In this document: piece after piece, positions 25,085 through 36,455 of the stretch
How positions within the stretch are numbered: position 1 is the stretch's first letter
Layout of the letters: every line of letters starts with the position of its first letter
Assembly: GCF_006345805.1 (NCBI RefSeq)
Contig: NC_043002.1
Location: forward strand, 42,532,001-42,596,000
DNA length: 64,000 nucleotides
DNA from: Octopus sinensis
Lineage: Eukaryota
Direction of reading: 5' to 3'
Translations under genes and position numbers: made by a program
Notes under the pieces: generated by a model
The model's input: the letters and a program-made list of their open reading frames with translations, nothing else
Databases searched by the model: none
What the model was told of the DNA's origin: nothing

Positions 25085-25710
25085 GTAGCTCTTACAACAT
25101 TATGCCTGGGTGTTGAGGCAGTTACTCAACAACTCAAATGTGGACGTAATATATCTTGATTTTGCAAAAGCCTTTGACAAGGTGGATCATGGTATGATAT
25201 GCCACAAACTGCATAATCTTGGCATAGCTGGAAAACTTGGAGAGTGGCTACATAATTTTCTGAAAGATGGGAGCTAGGAAGTAGTGGCTAATGGAGCCAC
25301 CTCTATGAACACACAAATAGTGAGCGGTGTTCCACAGGGCACTGTCTTGGGACCACTGCTTTTTATAGTGGCCCTCTCAAATATGCCCTCAAGTGCCCGG
25401 ATAGCTACCCTTGCAAGCTGTGCAGATGATACGAAAGTCTCGCAGAAAATACAGAACCCCAACGATGTTGCACACCTGCAGCAGGAGTTGGACTCAAGTT
25501 ACAGATGGGCTGAGGATAATAATATGCAGTTTAATGCTGAAAAATTCCAATCCCTGCGCTACCAGCATCCAAAACTGAATATGAAACTCATAGGGTACAC
25601 CGGTCCACCGGGAATTTCAATCCCAGAGCCTAAATCAATAAGGGAACTGGGTATCGACATGAGTGATGATACCTCTTTCTAAGTGCACATTACCAGGATG
25701 GCGACAAAGT
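25085..25710 (+). mobile_element. CR1-clade LINE reverse transcriptase fragment
   Basis: VDVIYLDFAKAFDKVDHG, SGVPQGTVLGPLLF, ADDTKV and MQFNAEKFQ, with a stop near 25275. Confidence 0.85.
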
Positions 25711-26379
25711 GATATGCTATTATGCTAATCAACAATGTGTCAAATGTCTGAATTAGCGGTGTCGTTAATAATTTTTCCTTATCTCAATGATGCCGGTGAC
25801 ATGTATTAAAAGTCCCCTCATAGAATTATATTCATGATCTTCGCAGGCCCTTCTCGACAGGTTAGTGAGAAAGGCTAGGAATTATACACTACCTGAACAT
25901 CTGCAGGATATAAATGTTAGTGGAGAGGGAACTGACTGTTTTGGTGTGAATGCTTTACAATTAATTAAATTTCGATAAAAGCACATTTCTGACCAACACA
26001 TCACCCTCATAGAAGTCGAAAAATTGTCGAAGTATAAGGAAATAAGCAGGGAATGGGGCATGAAATTAAAAAAGAAATAGAACTTGAAACTATTGGAGCA
26101 CAACATCATCTGAGGTTAGCCTTCCACCCCAACAAACTGTGCCGACTGGAGAAGTTGAACTAAGTGCTTCAAACTGCAGACGAGACACTCGTTTATTACC
26201 CAGCGCCTTCTTCGCCAACAGTGGTGCAACATACCTATTCATAAGTAGGCAGTACTTTACCACAAGAGTGATTCAAGGAAAGTTAAGTATCATGTATCTG
26301 ACAGACCACAATGTCCGTAGTGACAAGAAAAACACACAACTCGTCGGCTAGAAAACTATTAAGTGAACGTCTTAAAATC

Positions 26380-26533
26380 TTTGAATAGTCGTTGGATTAC
26401 AGCAGGAAACATTGTCTTTTGGCAAGTGTTTATCAGTGAACAATTTCCTCTTGGATAAGTTAGAAATCGATAATAGTTATCAAACTTGCGTGAGATAAAA
26501 TATTTATTAGTAATAAATTTACATATTACCAAG

Positions 26534-26628
<95 letters not shown>

Positions 26629-27400
26629 TAGGTATAATAAATTCAGGGTGAATACTTGATAAATGTAAGCACCTGTATATGCCAGCTAGTAGCAGAGGTG
26701 AGAGGATATATGTATCAAATGAAATAAAAACAGAACACAAAGGATGTCGCGGTACACATGTTTCGAGCTTTATAAAACAACTTTAACAAGTTACAGCCAG
26801 TTTGTGAGTTGCTAGCTGATCTCATATGTTAATGACATGTTACTACGGCTGGCTGTTATAAAACTGTAGTCTTCCACTCGTAGGAGAAAGCTCCCAGTCG
26901 GAATTAAACATTGTCTTAATGTTGCTTTTCAAAGTAGATCTTAGCCAGTTGAGAGTCACAGTATTGACTTGTTCGTAGCTATTTACTGTAATTTAAAGTA
27001 ATTTAAACAAACGCGAAAAGATGCGAGAAATGTTTGAAGTTGTGTTAGAATGATGTAAAATGTGTTGGTTTAATTTCATTTGAACAGGATCTTTCATGAC
27101 AAAATTATTGTGTTCGTCACCTGACATGACATTCTACATTTGAAGATAACGTTTGCTGAAACATAAGATGGCCAGTGAAAAGAATCATTAGAGTTCATGA
27201 TTCCATTGCCCTTGCTCGTCATCTTCAAGATTCTATGACCACCAAGGGTCATAGAATCATGAAGATGCACATTCCGTTGGATTTTGAATGTTCTTGAATG
27301 TTGTGGTTCATGTATTCACCTGATGTAAACAGTTTTTTCTAATTATGTAATGGTTCCATTAATCAATTAAAAATTCGTTGGAAACAGCTGTAGTGAATTG
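26380..27400 (+). mobile_element. Probable Penelope-like element 3' remnant (decayed GIY-YIG + pseudo-LTR)
   Basis: Weak VGESSQS (~26880) and R..RE.F...GL-like segments, followed by a hammerhead motif at 27314-27398. A decayed inverted hammerhead lies at ~26751-26828. Confidence 0.4.
27314..27398 (+). ncRNA. Degenerate type I hammerhead ribozyme motif
   Basis: Stem I AUUCAC/GUGAAU (6 bp), core CUGAUGU (A9 changed to U), short stem II AAC/GUU with an A.G closing mismatch, then GAAAC-AGCU-GUA. Confidence 0.55.
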
Positions 27401-27426
27401 ACACATTATCCATCTGTTGTTATTTA

Positions 27427-27464
<38 letters not shown>

Positions 27465-27467
<3 letters not shown>

Positions 27468-28249
27468 GGGAGGCTCCAGGTCATCAGCGTCACTCGAGCT
27501 CATCCCAAATTTCGCATAAGACACATGCCTGCTCGAAGAATTTCACGTTTTCCCGCTTTATTTCTAACCACAAATGGCTTTTTTTTTATATATCTAGTAC
27601 GATGTTTTTCTCTGTTTTTAAGTTAAGGGTAAAAATAAGCAACCCTTCAAAACACAACTGCTCTTTACACACAGACGCACAAAATAACAGCAATCAAAGA
27701 ACAACAGCGGAGTGTTCATCAAACATCAGCTATCTGACTGTCGCCTGTACTTTTGACAAGAGATGCCACTTAGCCTTTTACACCTACCAGGCTCGTACGT
27801 ATTAGCCCGAGTTGCTGGATAATTTTTCGTTCCTTTAAGAATATTGTAGAACGGAAACTTTTCATAGACTGGAATGTAAATGCTAATCTCTATAGAAATT
27901 TGTCTCAAGCAAACATTGAATTTGAATTACTTTTAATTTTTACGATTATAGATAGCGACTTAGGCTGTAACTTCTGAGCCCGAGTCACGCGCGTGTGAAC
28001 GATGTCGAGAGAACTTCTGCTACGAATGATATTTTTTGACACAGGGCACTTCTAGGACACCACCAGACGCTAAACGAAAATAAATGAACTGCGACCAGGT
28101 TCAATAACAGGAGCCTGAGTTATTGGCTGCAATTACATACTTGAAATCAGTGTCGGCAGAAATTAAATCAGCTTTCAAATACACGTTCACTTTACTAAAT
28201 TTATACTCGGGCTAAGCCCGAACAGCCCGAGTCCCGGAGCCGTCACTGA
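27465..28249. mobile_element. Possible MITE inserted in (TA)n
   Basis: Left end tcggggaggctccagg resembles the reverse complement of the right end (tcagtgacggctccggg). Flanked on both sides by (TA)n. Confidence 0.4.
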
Positions 28250-28439
28250 TATATATATATATATATATATATATCTGGCGGCTACCTAGCAGGCCAGCCC
28301 TGCCAATATACACATATATTTGAATTTTCTCTGACTCCTCAGATTTTTTGAATGCTGGACTACTGGTTTTAAATTGATATTAAAATTAATATTAATTTAT
28401 CTCCCTCAATTTTTAAATATATATATATATTATATATAT

Positions 28440-28495
<56 letters not shown>

Positions 28496-28527
28496 CACAT
28501 ATATACATATATATATATACATCATAC

Positions 28528-28558
<31 letters not shown>

Positions 28559-28608
28559 CATACATACATACATACATACATGCATACATATATATATATA
28601 TATATATA

Positions 28609-29008
28609 TCTTTATATATAAAAGTAAGGTTGTGTGCTGTCTGTCTCCTACGATTTAGATTCCTAACTACTCCCACATTTTGCGGTGCAGTTTAACCAAA
28701 AGCGGGTATCTTATAGTCGTGATTCATATCAAGCCCTTCTGGGTATTAGCGCGCGTCTACGATGAGTCTACGAATTAAAAAAAAAATTTACCATCAATTT
28801 TTCCCATTTTTAATGCATTTTTGGTATATATAAGGGAAGTAAGTCTCTAAAAATTTATTATTAAATCTCAGAACGTAAAAAGCTACAGTAACACCCCCCC
28901 CCCTTTGTGGTTAGCCATATTGAGATGGATATTATACTTTACATCTCTAAAAATGCTTATATAGTTATTTCCCTTACAAACCCGAGCAACGCCGGGCGAT
29001 ACTGCTAG
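28609..29008 (+). mobile_element. Non-autonomous Helitron (400 bp)
   Basis: A|TC start at 28609 (tctttatatataaaag), 3' hairpin cccgagcaacgccggg (28981-28996), CTAG at 29005-29008 followed by T. Inserted in (TA)n. Confidence 0.9.
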
Positions 29009-29010
29009 TA

Positions 29011-29311
29011 TTGGAAGCACTCCGTCGGTTACGACGATGACGGTTCCGGTTGATCCGAATCAACGGAACAGCCTGCTCGTGAAATTAACGTGTAAGTGGC
29101 TGAGCACTTCACAGACACGTGCACCCTTAACGTAGTTCTCGGGGATATTCAGCGTGACACAGAGAGTGACAAGGCCGGCCCTTTGAAGTACAGAAACAGG
29201 AAGTAAGAGTGAGAGAAAGTTGTGGTGAAAGGTGTTTTCGCTCAATAAACACTCACAACGCCCGGTCTGGGAATCGAAACCGCGATCCCACTGGGCCATT
29301 GCGCCTCCACA
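29011..29311 (-). mobile_element. SINE family B with a 9-bp TSD
   Basis: ctgctagta at 29002-29010 and 29312-29320. Confidence 0.9.
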
Positions 29312-29318
29312 CTGCTAG

Positions 29319-29359
<41 letters not shown>

Positions 29360-29438
29360 GTATGTATGGATGGATGGATGGATGGATGGATGTGTGTGTG
29401 TGTGTATATATATACACACACATGCACACACGCACACT

Positions 29439-29493
<55 letters not shown>

Positions 29494-29750
29494 CACAATA
29501 AGCTAAGAAAAAGTAATTTCAAATGTGACTATGGTACCAAATTTGGAGAAATAAAGCAATTCCTAGACAGATGTAGACATACATAACTAACTATTAGGAT
29601 ATCTGGTTATATCACTAGATGTTTAAGCATCATCTTTCCTTTTTCGTTTCGCTTCCGCCATAGTGCTTTCGTTGTCGTCGTCGTCTTCGTTATTGATGTC
29701 GTTAAGTTTCAAAAACGCGGAACAATATTCATTATTTATTTAAGGATAGA

Positions 29751-29980
29751 GGCGGCGAGCTGGTAGAAACGTTAGCACGTCGGGCGAAATGCGTAGCCGT
29801 ATTTCGTCTGCCGTTATGTTCTGAGTTCAAATTCCGCCGAGGTCGACTTTGCCTTTCATCCTTTCGGGGTCGATAAATTAAGTACCAGTTACGCACTGGG
29901 GTCGATATAATCGACTTAATCCGTTTGTCTCTCCTTGTTTGTCCCCTCTATGTTTAGCCCCTTGTGGGTAATAAAGAAAC
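29751..29980 (+). mobile_element. tRNA-derived SINE family C with a 16-bp TSD
   Basis: ggcggcgagctgg...gttctgagttcaaattccgccgaggtcgac...; attatttatttaagga at 29731-29746 and 29982-29997. Confidence 0.9.
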
Positions 29981-30091
29981 AATTATTTATTTAAGGAATT
30001 TAATAGATTAAAAAGTAAAGAGAGCTGGCAGCATCAAAGTTCGTTTGCTGCATTATTTGTCTTATTTTTATTTATTTATTTTATTTTTCAG

Positions 30092-30655
30092 GTTGTGAGG
30101 GCAGCAAAGTGGATATTTTCTTCATACTTGATTCTTCAGACACTGTCACAGATGAAGACTTTCAAAACGAACTAATATTTGCGACTAACTTTGTCCTTGG
30201 CATTAAAACCATTGGAAAGCAAGGAATACAGATAGGAATACAGACATTTGCAGCAAATACCCAAAACATTTTTCATCTTGATTCACATGATAACAAAATT
30301 GATATAGTAACTAGAATTACACGTATAAAACGCTTGAGAGGAATGTCTAATTTACATTTAGCTTTAGAAGATGTTAAGAAGTATGGATTCAGTCCGTCTC
30401 TGGGTTCCAGAGGTTTGGCTCATAAAGTAGCTATTATAATAACCAATGGAGCTATTTCGAATTGGCCATCGGCTAATTTTGAAGCTAAAAAGCTTATTCA
30501 GGATCATGTCCAAATTATTGTCATTGGTGTTGGCACGAATCTAAACCCCAGAATCTTTTTAGGTATCGCGTCCTCGGGGAATGATATCTTCATTGTGCCG
30601 AAGTTTAATGCCTTGGGAAATCTTCAGCAACAGATAAAACAATCTACTTGTAAAA
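30092..30655 (+). CDS. Internal exon encoding one vWA domain (matrilin/collagen-VI-like tandem-vWA protein)
   Basis: Acceptor ttatttttcAG|gt at 30091 and donor a|GTAAGT at 30656. 564 bp, phase 1-1, stop-free. CEGSKVDIFFILDSSDTV...GIQTFA...KVAIIITNG...IIVIGVG...C is a vWA fold with flanking cysteines. Confidence 0.88.
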
Positions 30656-31114
30656 GTAAGTGACTTTTGTAAAATGCTTTTTATAAGAGATATACTATGT
30701 GTCAAGTTTTGAAGGGACGTTACGAAAATCCAACATTATAGTTATTGATTCCCGATATACGAAATCGAGATAGTATTTAATTAAAATAGCCATCTATGTA
30801 TCATACACTGTCAATAGGCCAGTTACTGTAGTATGTATCCTGAGATAAACATTTCTCATGGCCTTCGTGTTGAAAACACAATAAATATCAGTGAGATAGA
30901 GAGGAGGAGGGGAGAGGGAGAGAGAGCGAGAGGGGAAAATTCATCCTAGCAGTGACCAGCGAGAGCGGCTGACACATTTTGTCCTTTTTGGACCGTTTTA
31001 ATGGCTGAAATGCAATGGCGTTCTCGCTGGTTACTGCTAGATTAGTGGTCCTTAGCCGTTTTTTTTTTGTTTTTGTTTTTTTTATCAACGAATCCCTTTG
31101 ATTACTATTTTATT

Positions 31115-31457
31115 CTAGTGAATTCCCACAGCCATTCGATGTTTAAAAACTAGTTTTATAGAAACTTCTTCCAAAATTCCTATTTTGTTCTCCACACTTG
31201 TGTAGGTTGAACTTGTGTAGGTTGAACCATGTAAAATGTTAGAGAAAGAAAGCTAGCTGTTTCTTGCAATACATATCAATATATGCATCTAGAGCAAAAT
31301 CTTTTCAGGGGCCCTTAAAATACTATTCTCTAGGGCGGGTAAAATTCCCGAGATTAAAATATTATTGTGGATCCTTAGTTTACTATTTTGTAGCGTGGAC
31401 CCACAAATTCTTGTATAGATCCTCAGGGGCTATATGGACCACAGTTGAGAACCACTA
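31115..31457. mobile_element. hAT/Charlie-like MITE fragment (intronic)
   Basis: Closely similar to 42905-43196; ends in gttgagaaccact, the reverse complement of a cagtggttctcaa-type TIR. Confidence 0.65.
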
Positions 31458-32324
31458 TGCTAAATGAATTTTCGCCTACCCCGAATACTTAATGTTTCTA
31501 ACACATGAAGTCTATAATGGGATGTTATCTCGGGACAAATACCGCAGCAAGTGGCCTATCGACAATGTGTATGCATTATGACACATAGATAATTATTTTT
31601 AACTATTGATTTATTTTGACTAGGCACAAGTCGATATAGAAGTAGTACCTTTTATATCCAATGGAGGTGGAACTCCCATTTCATCTGGGAATTGCGTGTA
31701 CATTCAGATACGCTATGAATTGTAGAGCTTTCTGAAATTCTAGAACATTCCAAGTTAATTAGTGAACAGCAGTATTTAAGGTGTTGCTAGTTGATTTCTC
31801 ATCAACTCATGTTGTAGCTGATCTTATGTGCTATTATTTTCTGCGATGAGCAGAATTCTTACAAATGGTTCTGAAGAAATGAAAACTAGTTATTGGAAAT
31901 ATGTATTATAAACTACGATGTGTGTTATGTATTACGATTTTTTAGAATAACCTCATAGAGCAAAATATAAGAATAACAACGATTTTCCGAACACTGATTG
32001 TCCGGGATCTCTTATAATAATCCACACTAATAACTCACGAACATGAAGAGAAAGACCCTGCGGCTACCAGTCTTGCACAAATTAGTACCTTGCACAATAA
32101 TGTATTACTTGTGTCATTTATACTAATGTGCAGGTACCTGTAATTTATTTAATCATTTAAGTTAAATTTAATCATTTCAGTTAAATTTAATATTTGTTCC
32201 TTGTTTCGGAAAAATCAGTAATACAGAATAGCTTTGGAACCGAAGGTTCTGAAAAAACGATGCTGTACCTGTATGTAATTTTTTTTTTCTATTCTCCCAG
32301 TAATGCAAATTATTTCCTTTCTAG

Positions 32325-32899
32325 CTTGCAACGTAATTCCAAAAGATGTCATTTTTGCTTTGGATACTTCTACGAGCATAGACGTGTCAAAGTTTACAGA
32401 TATGACGAAATTTGTGTCGGACTTCGTTCTTCAAACAATTGTATTCGGTCAAAACGGTACCCAGGTCGGAATATATACTTTCTCTGATTTTCCAAAATTA
32501 GAACTTCCACTGGGTATAGACGACGAAAAGCTTTCCTTTATTAGTGCGCTGAAGGGCTTATCTCTGGTACACGGTCAAACAAACACTGATTTAGTTTTAG
32601 ATGCTGTTCAAAAGGATGGTTTCAGTACGGCATTTGGGGCGCGACCAAATGTAAAGCATGTGTTGATCGTTGTTACCGATGGTGCTTCACAAAAGCCGTT
32701 TGAAACTCAAATAGCAGCCAGAAAACTACACGCATTGAACGTTGAAGTATTCGCCATTGGAGTCAGTAGTAGTGTTGACACGAACGAGCTATTTAAAATA
32801 GCATCGTCACCTCAAAATGTGTTCATGAGCCCAAATTTTCAAGTATTAAGCCAGCTTGTAAGTAGTATCAACAAACTGGTATGTGTAACGACGAAATAA
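32325..32899 (+). CDS. Probable terminal exon encoding a second vWA domain
   Basis: Acceptor tatttcctttctAG|ct at 32324 is phase 1 and compatible with the previous exon (a+ct = Thr). CNVIPKDVIFALDTSTS (MIDAS DxSxS), GQTNTD, LIVVTDG, VFAIGV, ...C, then TAA at 32897-32899. Confidence 0.88.
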
Positions 32900-32945
32900 T
32901 TCTCAAATGATTGACAGCTTTCATACGAATCATTGCTACTTGCCA

Positions 32946-33021
32946 AATAAAACTTTAAAAAATTCTGAATCAATGATATATAAGAGACTCAAAGGTTTGA
33001 ATACAATATAACGTTAATAAA
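32946..33021 (+). promoter_or_regulatory. Two candidate polyadenylation signals
   Basis: AATAAA at 32946-32951 and 33016-33021, 47 and 117 nt after the stop. The region is AT-rich, so chance occurrence is possible. Confidence 0.45.
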
Positions 33022-33539
33022 GTTTTGTTTTCAAAAAATTCATATCTAGAAGGAAGAGTACCAGATATCTTGGCTTTAGGAAAAATCATCATTATACTGG
33101 TTAACGAGCGTTAGGGTCACTAATTTCTTAAAAATTCTACGTCTAAAAAAGAAAATTAGGTATCAAAATATACAGTTATATGTGTATATATATAATTGTA
33201 TAGATATGTCTGTATGTATATATGCATATATGTACAACTATAAAATAATAATATGTATATCTACCAAGTTGCATATATAACTGCGTTTGTTTCTTTACGA
33301 GCATGCGTACTTACAATCCACTCAATGTTTTTAATTCCTGTTAATAAATGTATGTCTACGTGTGTTACTGTTACTGTAGGATGGAATACTAAAATAACCA
33401 CAACTAAACTGTAATTACAAATAAATCCTGACTGATGGTTCGTAAATTTAATGCTCCAAAATTCTTATTCCTACTTACTATAAACGGTAGCAACATTTGC
33501 TAACAGCACTTTGTGCAAAGAATAAGAAGGCAAAGCTTT

Positions 33540-34180
33540 AGGAACTTTGATGACAGAACTCATATTGAACTTGTATTTCGTTTATCGATATGTCTGAAAG
33601 GATGTAGGTAATGAGTAAACTTATACTTGAATGTGTTCTCAGTGAAGCTAATGTAACTTTTTTCAGTACCGCTTTGAAGATTACCTTCACACTATGCAAA
33701 TGCTTTTGTGAGAAACATACCATCAAGATGATAGAATGTTATGGTATTACTATTGGAGTAAGGTGATGGTTTACGATATTCATATTCGAGGATTTATTTT
33801 GTTATTGATTCTAACTATGTCAGAATCCAAATTTTTGGATACGACTCTAGCTGACTTCGATGTTATGTTCATTGAAGAGTTTATTTTAATTTTTAGTGTA
33901 TTGGCCACGATAACGAGGGCTGAGACCATGACCTGAAGGCGCGCTGAGATCAGAGGTATTTATGCTGTTCACGCTCTTCTCGAACAGTTGCAAGTTGACG
34001 GGTGTAGGAAAACGTGTGCGTGGAATGAATTTTAGAACGCCGATGTTTTGGGGTAGAAGGACTAAGCAGAGTCATTAATACGGAGCCTGGATGTAGAAAG
34101 GAATAGAGACGAGTAAGTCGGTGATGTTTGGCTGAATGTTGCGATCAGTATGTAGTAAGAGTAGGAAAAGCCCATGTAGT
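33540..34180 (-). mobile_element. Possible highly decayed Penelope-like RT/GIY-YIG remnant
   Basis: Minus-strand YRGQYTKN*NKLFNEH (~33925-33875) resembles the YIGQT.R.L..R..EH motif. Many stops. Confidence 0.3.
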
Positions 34181-35282
34181 AGCAGTAGGAAAAAAAAACA
34201 TAGACCAGTAGTTGGAGTGTTTGTGAACGACGTCACACCAATCAGTTGAATGACCTTTTATTTTTAGATGCGATCTAAGATACTTGTACATATAGCAGCA
34301 ACACCACCTCAATTGCTGGAACAACATTTTGGGTCCCATAAAAGTAGTTGTGTGGAAAATGTTGCTTATAAGATATAAAAAGCTTTCAGCAATATTTTAT
34401 GACATTTAAACAAAGCTAAGTGCGTAGTAAGGCTTAAACCAAATGATATTTCTGTTTCTGTGCAATTTTTCTTATTATATTACAATACTGGCTATATTGT
34501 AGTTTTTCCCTTGAATCCGTTCTTTTTTACACGTAACATCTAATGATATAAAATACTATTAAAAAGAATTTTCGCCTTGAAGACATGTTTGAAATTCATC
34601 TGTTAATGTAACTCGCTAAGATTTTTTTTTAATATATAACTATGCGAAGAATGTATGTTAATGTATTTTGCCAATATTTTGCCCAGATAAATGCTGGTTG
34701 AGTAGATCTATAAGTAAAAATGTTCCAATCATGACTCACCGTTCTTTTTGTGAACCTAGGACAGTAATTAGATTGCTTAATGTACCCTTCGTGTCTCTCA
34801 TTTTCCGAAATGGTAGAGTATGATTTGCAAGAGAGGGAACTACTATTTCTAATAAACGATGTGACCACCTCGAGTCTGGCGCTTTTTCCATTAAGTTTTC
34901 TATCGGGAAGATGTTTGTGAGTCTTTGAATCTAAAGTTATTTCTCGAAAGTTTAATAATCTCTTGCTGTGGCTACCAATTAGACAAACATAGAAACAGAT
35001 TGATAGAAACTATCAAAGAATTACATTTAAAGACTACTATCAATATTAAAATAGCTGACACATGCTTTCTCTACTTATAAGAACCAACAACCAAATCCCC
35101 TTCACACCACAACCTACTGTCTAATAGGATAAAGGAAAAACACATTGGCTAATGTAATTCTGTATACGTTATCTTTGAAAACAAGACTAGATGCATGACT
35201 GGGAAGCTTTTGATCATAGGGCTACTTGATCGGAATTGACCTGGGGAGAAACAACACCATGATATCTAGATGATCAAATAAT

Positions 35283-35650
35283 CTTCTCTTCTCTAGGCAC
35301 AAGGCCCGAAATTTTGGGGGAGAGGCCAGTCGATTGGATCGACCCCAGTACGCAACAGGTACTTAATTTATCGACCCCTAAAGGATGAAAAGCAAAGTCG
35401 ACCTCGGTGGAGTTTGAACTCAGAACATAAGGACACAAGGGGCTAAACACAGAGAGGTCAAACAAGGAGAGACAAACGGACTAAGTCGATTATATCGACC
35501 CCAGTGCGTAACTGGTACTTATTTAATCGACCCCGAAAAGATGAAAGGTAAAGTCAACCTCGGCGGAATTTGAACTCAGAACGTAGCGGCAGACGAAATA
35601 CCGCTAGGCATTTCGCCCGGCGTGCTAACGTTTCTGTTAGCTCGCCGCCT
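35283..35650 (-). mobile_element. Chimeric/dimeric SINE family C with a single 16-bp TSD
   Basis: One head at 35650 and two successive bodies with different tails; tagatgatcaaataat at 35267-35282 and 35651-35666. Confidence 0.8.
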
Positions 35651-36364
35651 TAGATGATCAAATAATATAACGATCGGCTGATAAATCAAACCCACCAATA
35701 GTGGAAATAGGGTCTGGGATGTATTTTGATTCATATTTAGAGATCTCAAAAGTGTTCACCAAGGGTAAGCGAAACGAACCCCTGTAGTTGGGGTTCTGGC
35801 GCACTGTATGACCCTGTAGGTAATTTTTTTTATATGGTCAATACCAAAATTATTTTGTTATCATACATTGGGTACAACTGTCACACACGCACTCACATAG
35901 ACTAAAATAGAGAAACTATTACAGAGGGTGATAAAGAACATGTGTAAGCAAGAGAAAAAGAGAAAGAAGCGAAAAATAAATAGAGAGAGAAAGGGGAGCG
36001 AATTGGTTGAAAACTACAGGTGTTTTTAGAGAAAAACCCGTATAAAACACCGTTTTGCCCGCTTTCTAGCTTTACGCGGGAGCTCTGAGAAAAATTTTAT
36101 AGTGCATGACCATCCTTGGCACATAAGTAATGTGTGTATAAAGTATGGTGAAAATCGGTTGAAAACTGTAGAAATGCATACGTACTACACACACACATAC
36201 ACATACATCCTTTGTTATACATATAAATGTATATAAGTTCGGCAAAAATTTAGATTCAAATGAATATGGTACTTAATTTAGATGCACCAGAATTTTGTAT
36301 GGTGTTATCCATAAAAATCCGTGGGGTGATTATAATCAAAATAAGCAACAAGAATGACTCCGGT

Positions 36365-36455
36365 AATTTGGTACGATCGTTTCGTACTACATCATTTTAT
36401 TAAATGTTGTAAGTATTACAACAGATTTAAGATGCTGAGTACTCATCAGCCAATT
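36365..36455 (-). ncRNA. Type I hammerhead ribozyme, core intact
   Basis: Minus strand: AAUUGG-CUGAUGA-GUACU...AGUAC-GAAAC-GAUC-GUA-CCAAAUU. All core nucleotides are present, G10.1-C11.1 is paired, and stem III is the palindrome ACGAUCGU. Confidence 0.85.

Noticed and set aside
27125-27180. ttgaaga...gaaac as another hammerhead (similar partial matches at ~1500, ~50617, ~56704, ~59326)
   Set aside because: No stem I/II pairing and no NUH triplet in register.
34620-35000. Possible CR1/L2 RT C-terminal remnant on the minus strand
   Set aside because: Similarity is too decayed to support by eye.
35770-36235. Helitron-like subterminal sequence on the minus strand
   Set aside because: No TC start or hairpin+CTAG end could be placed, so it is not listed as a feature.
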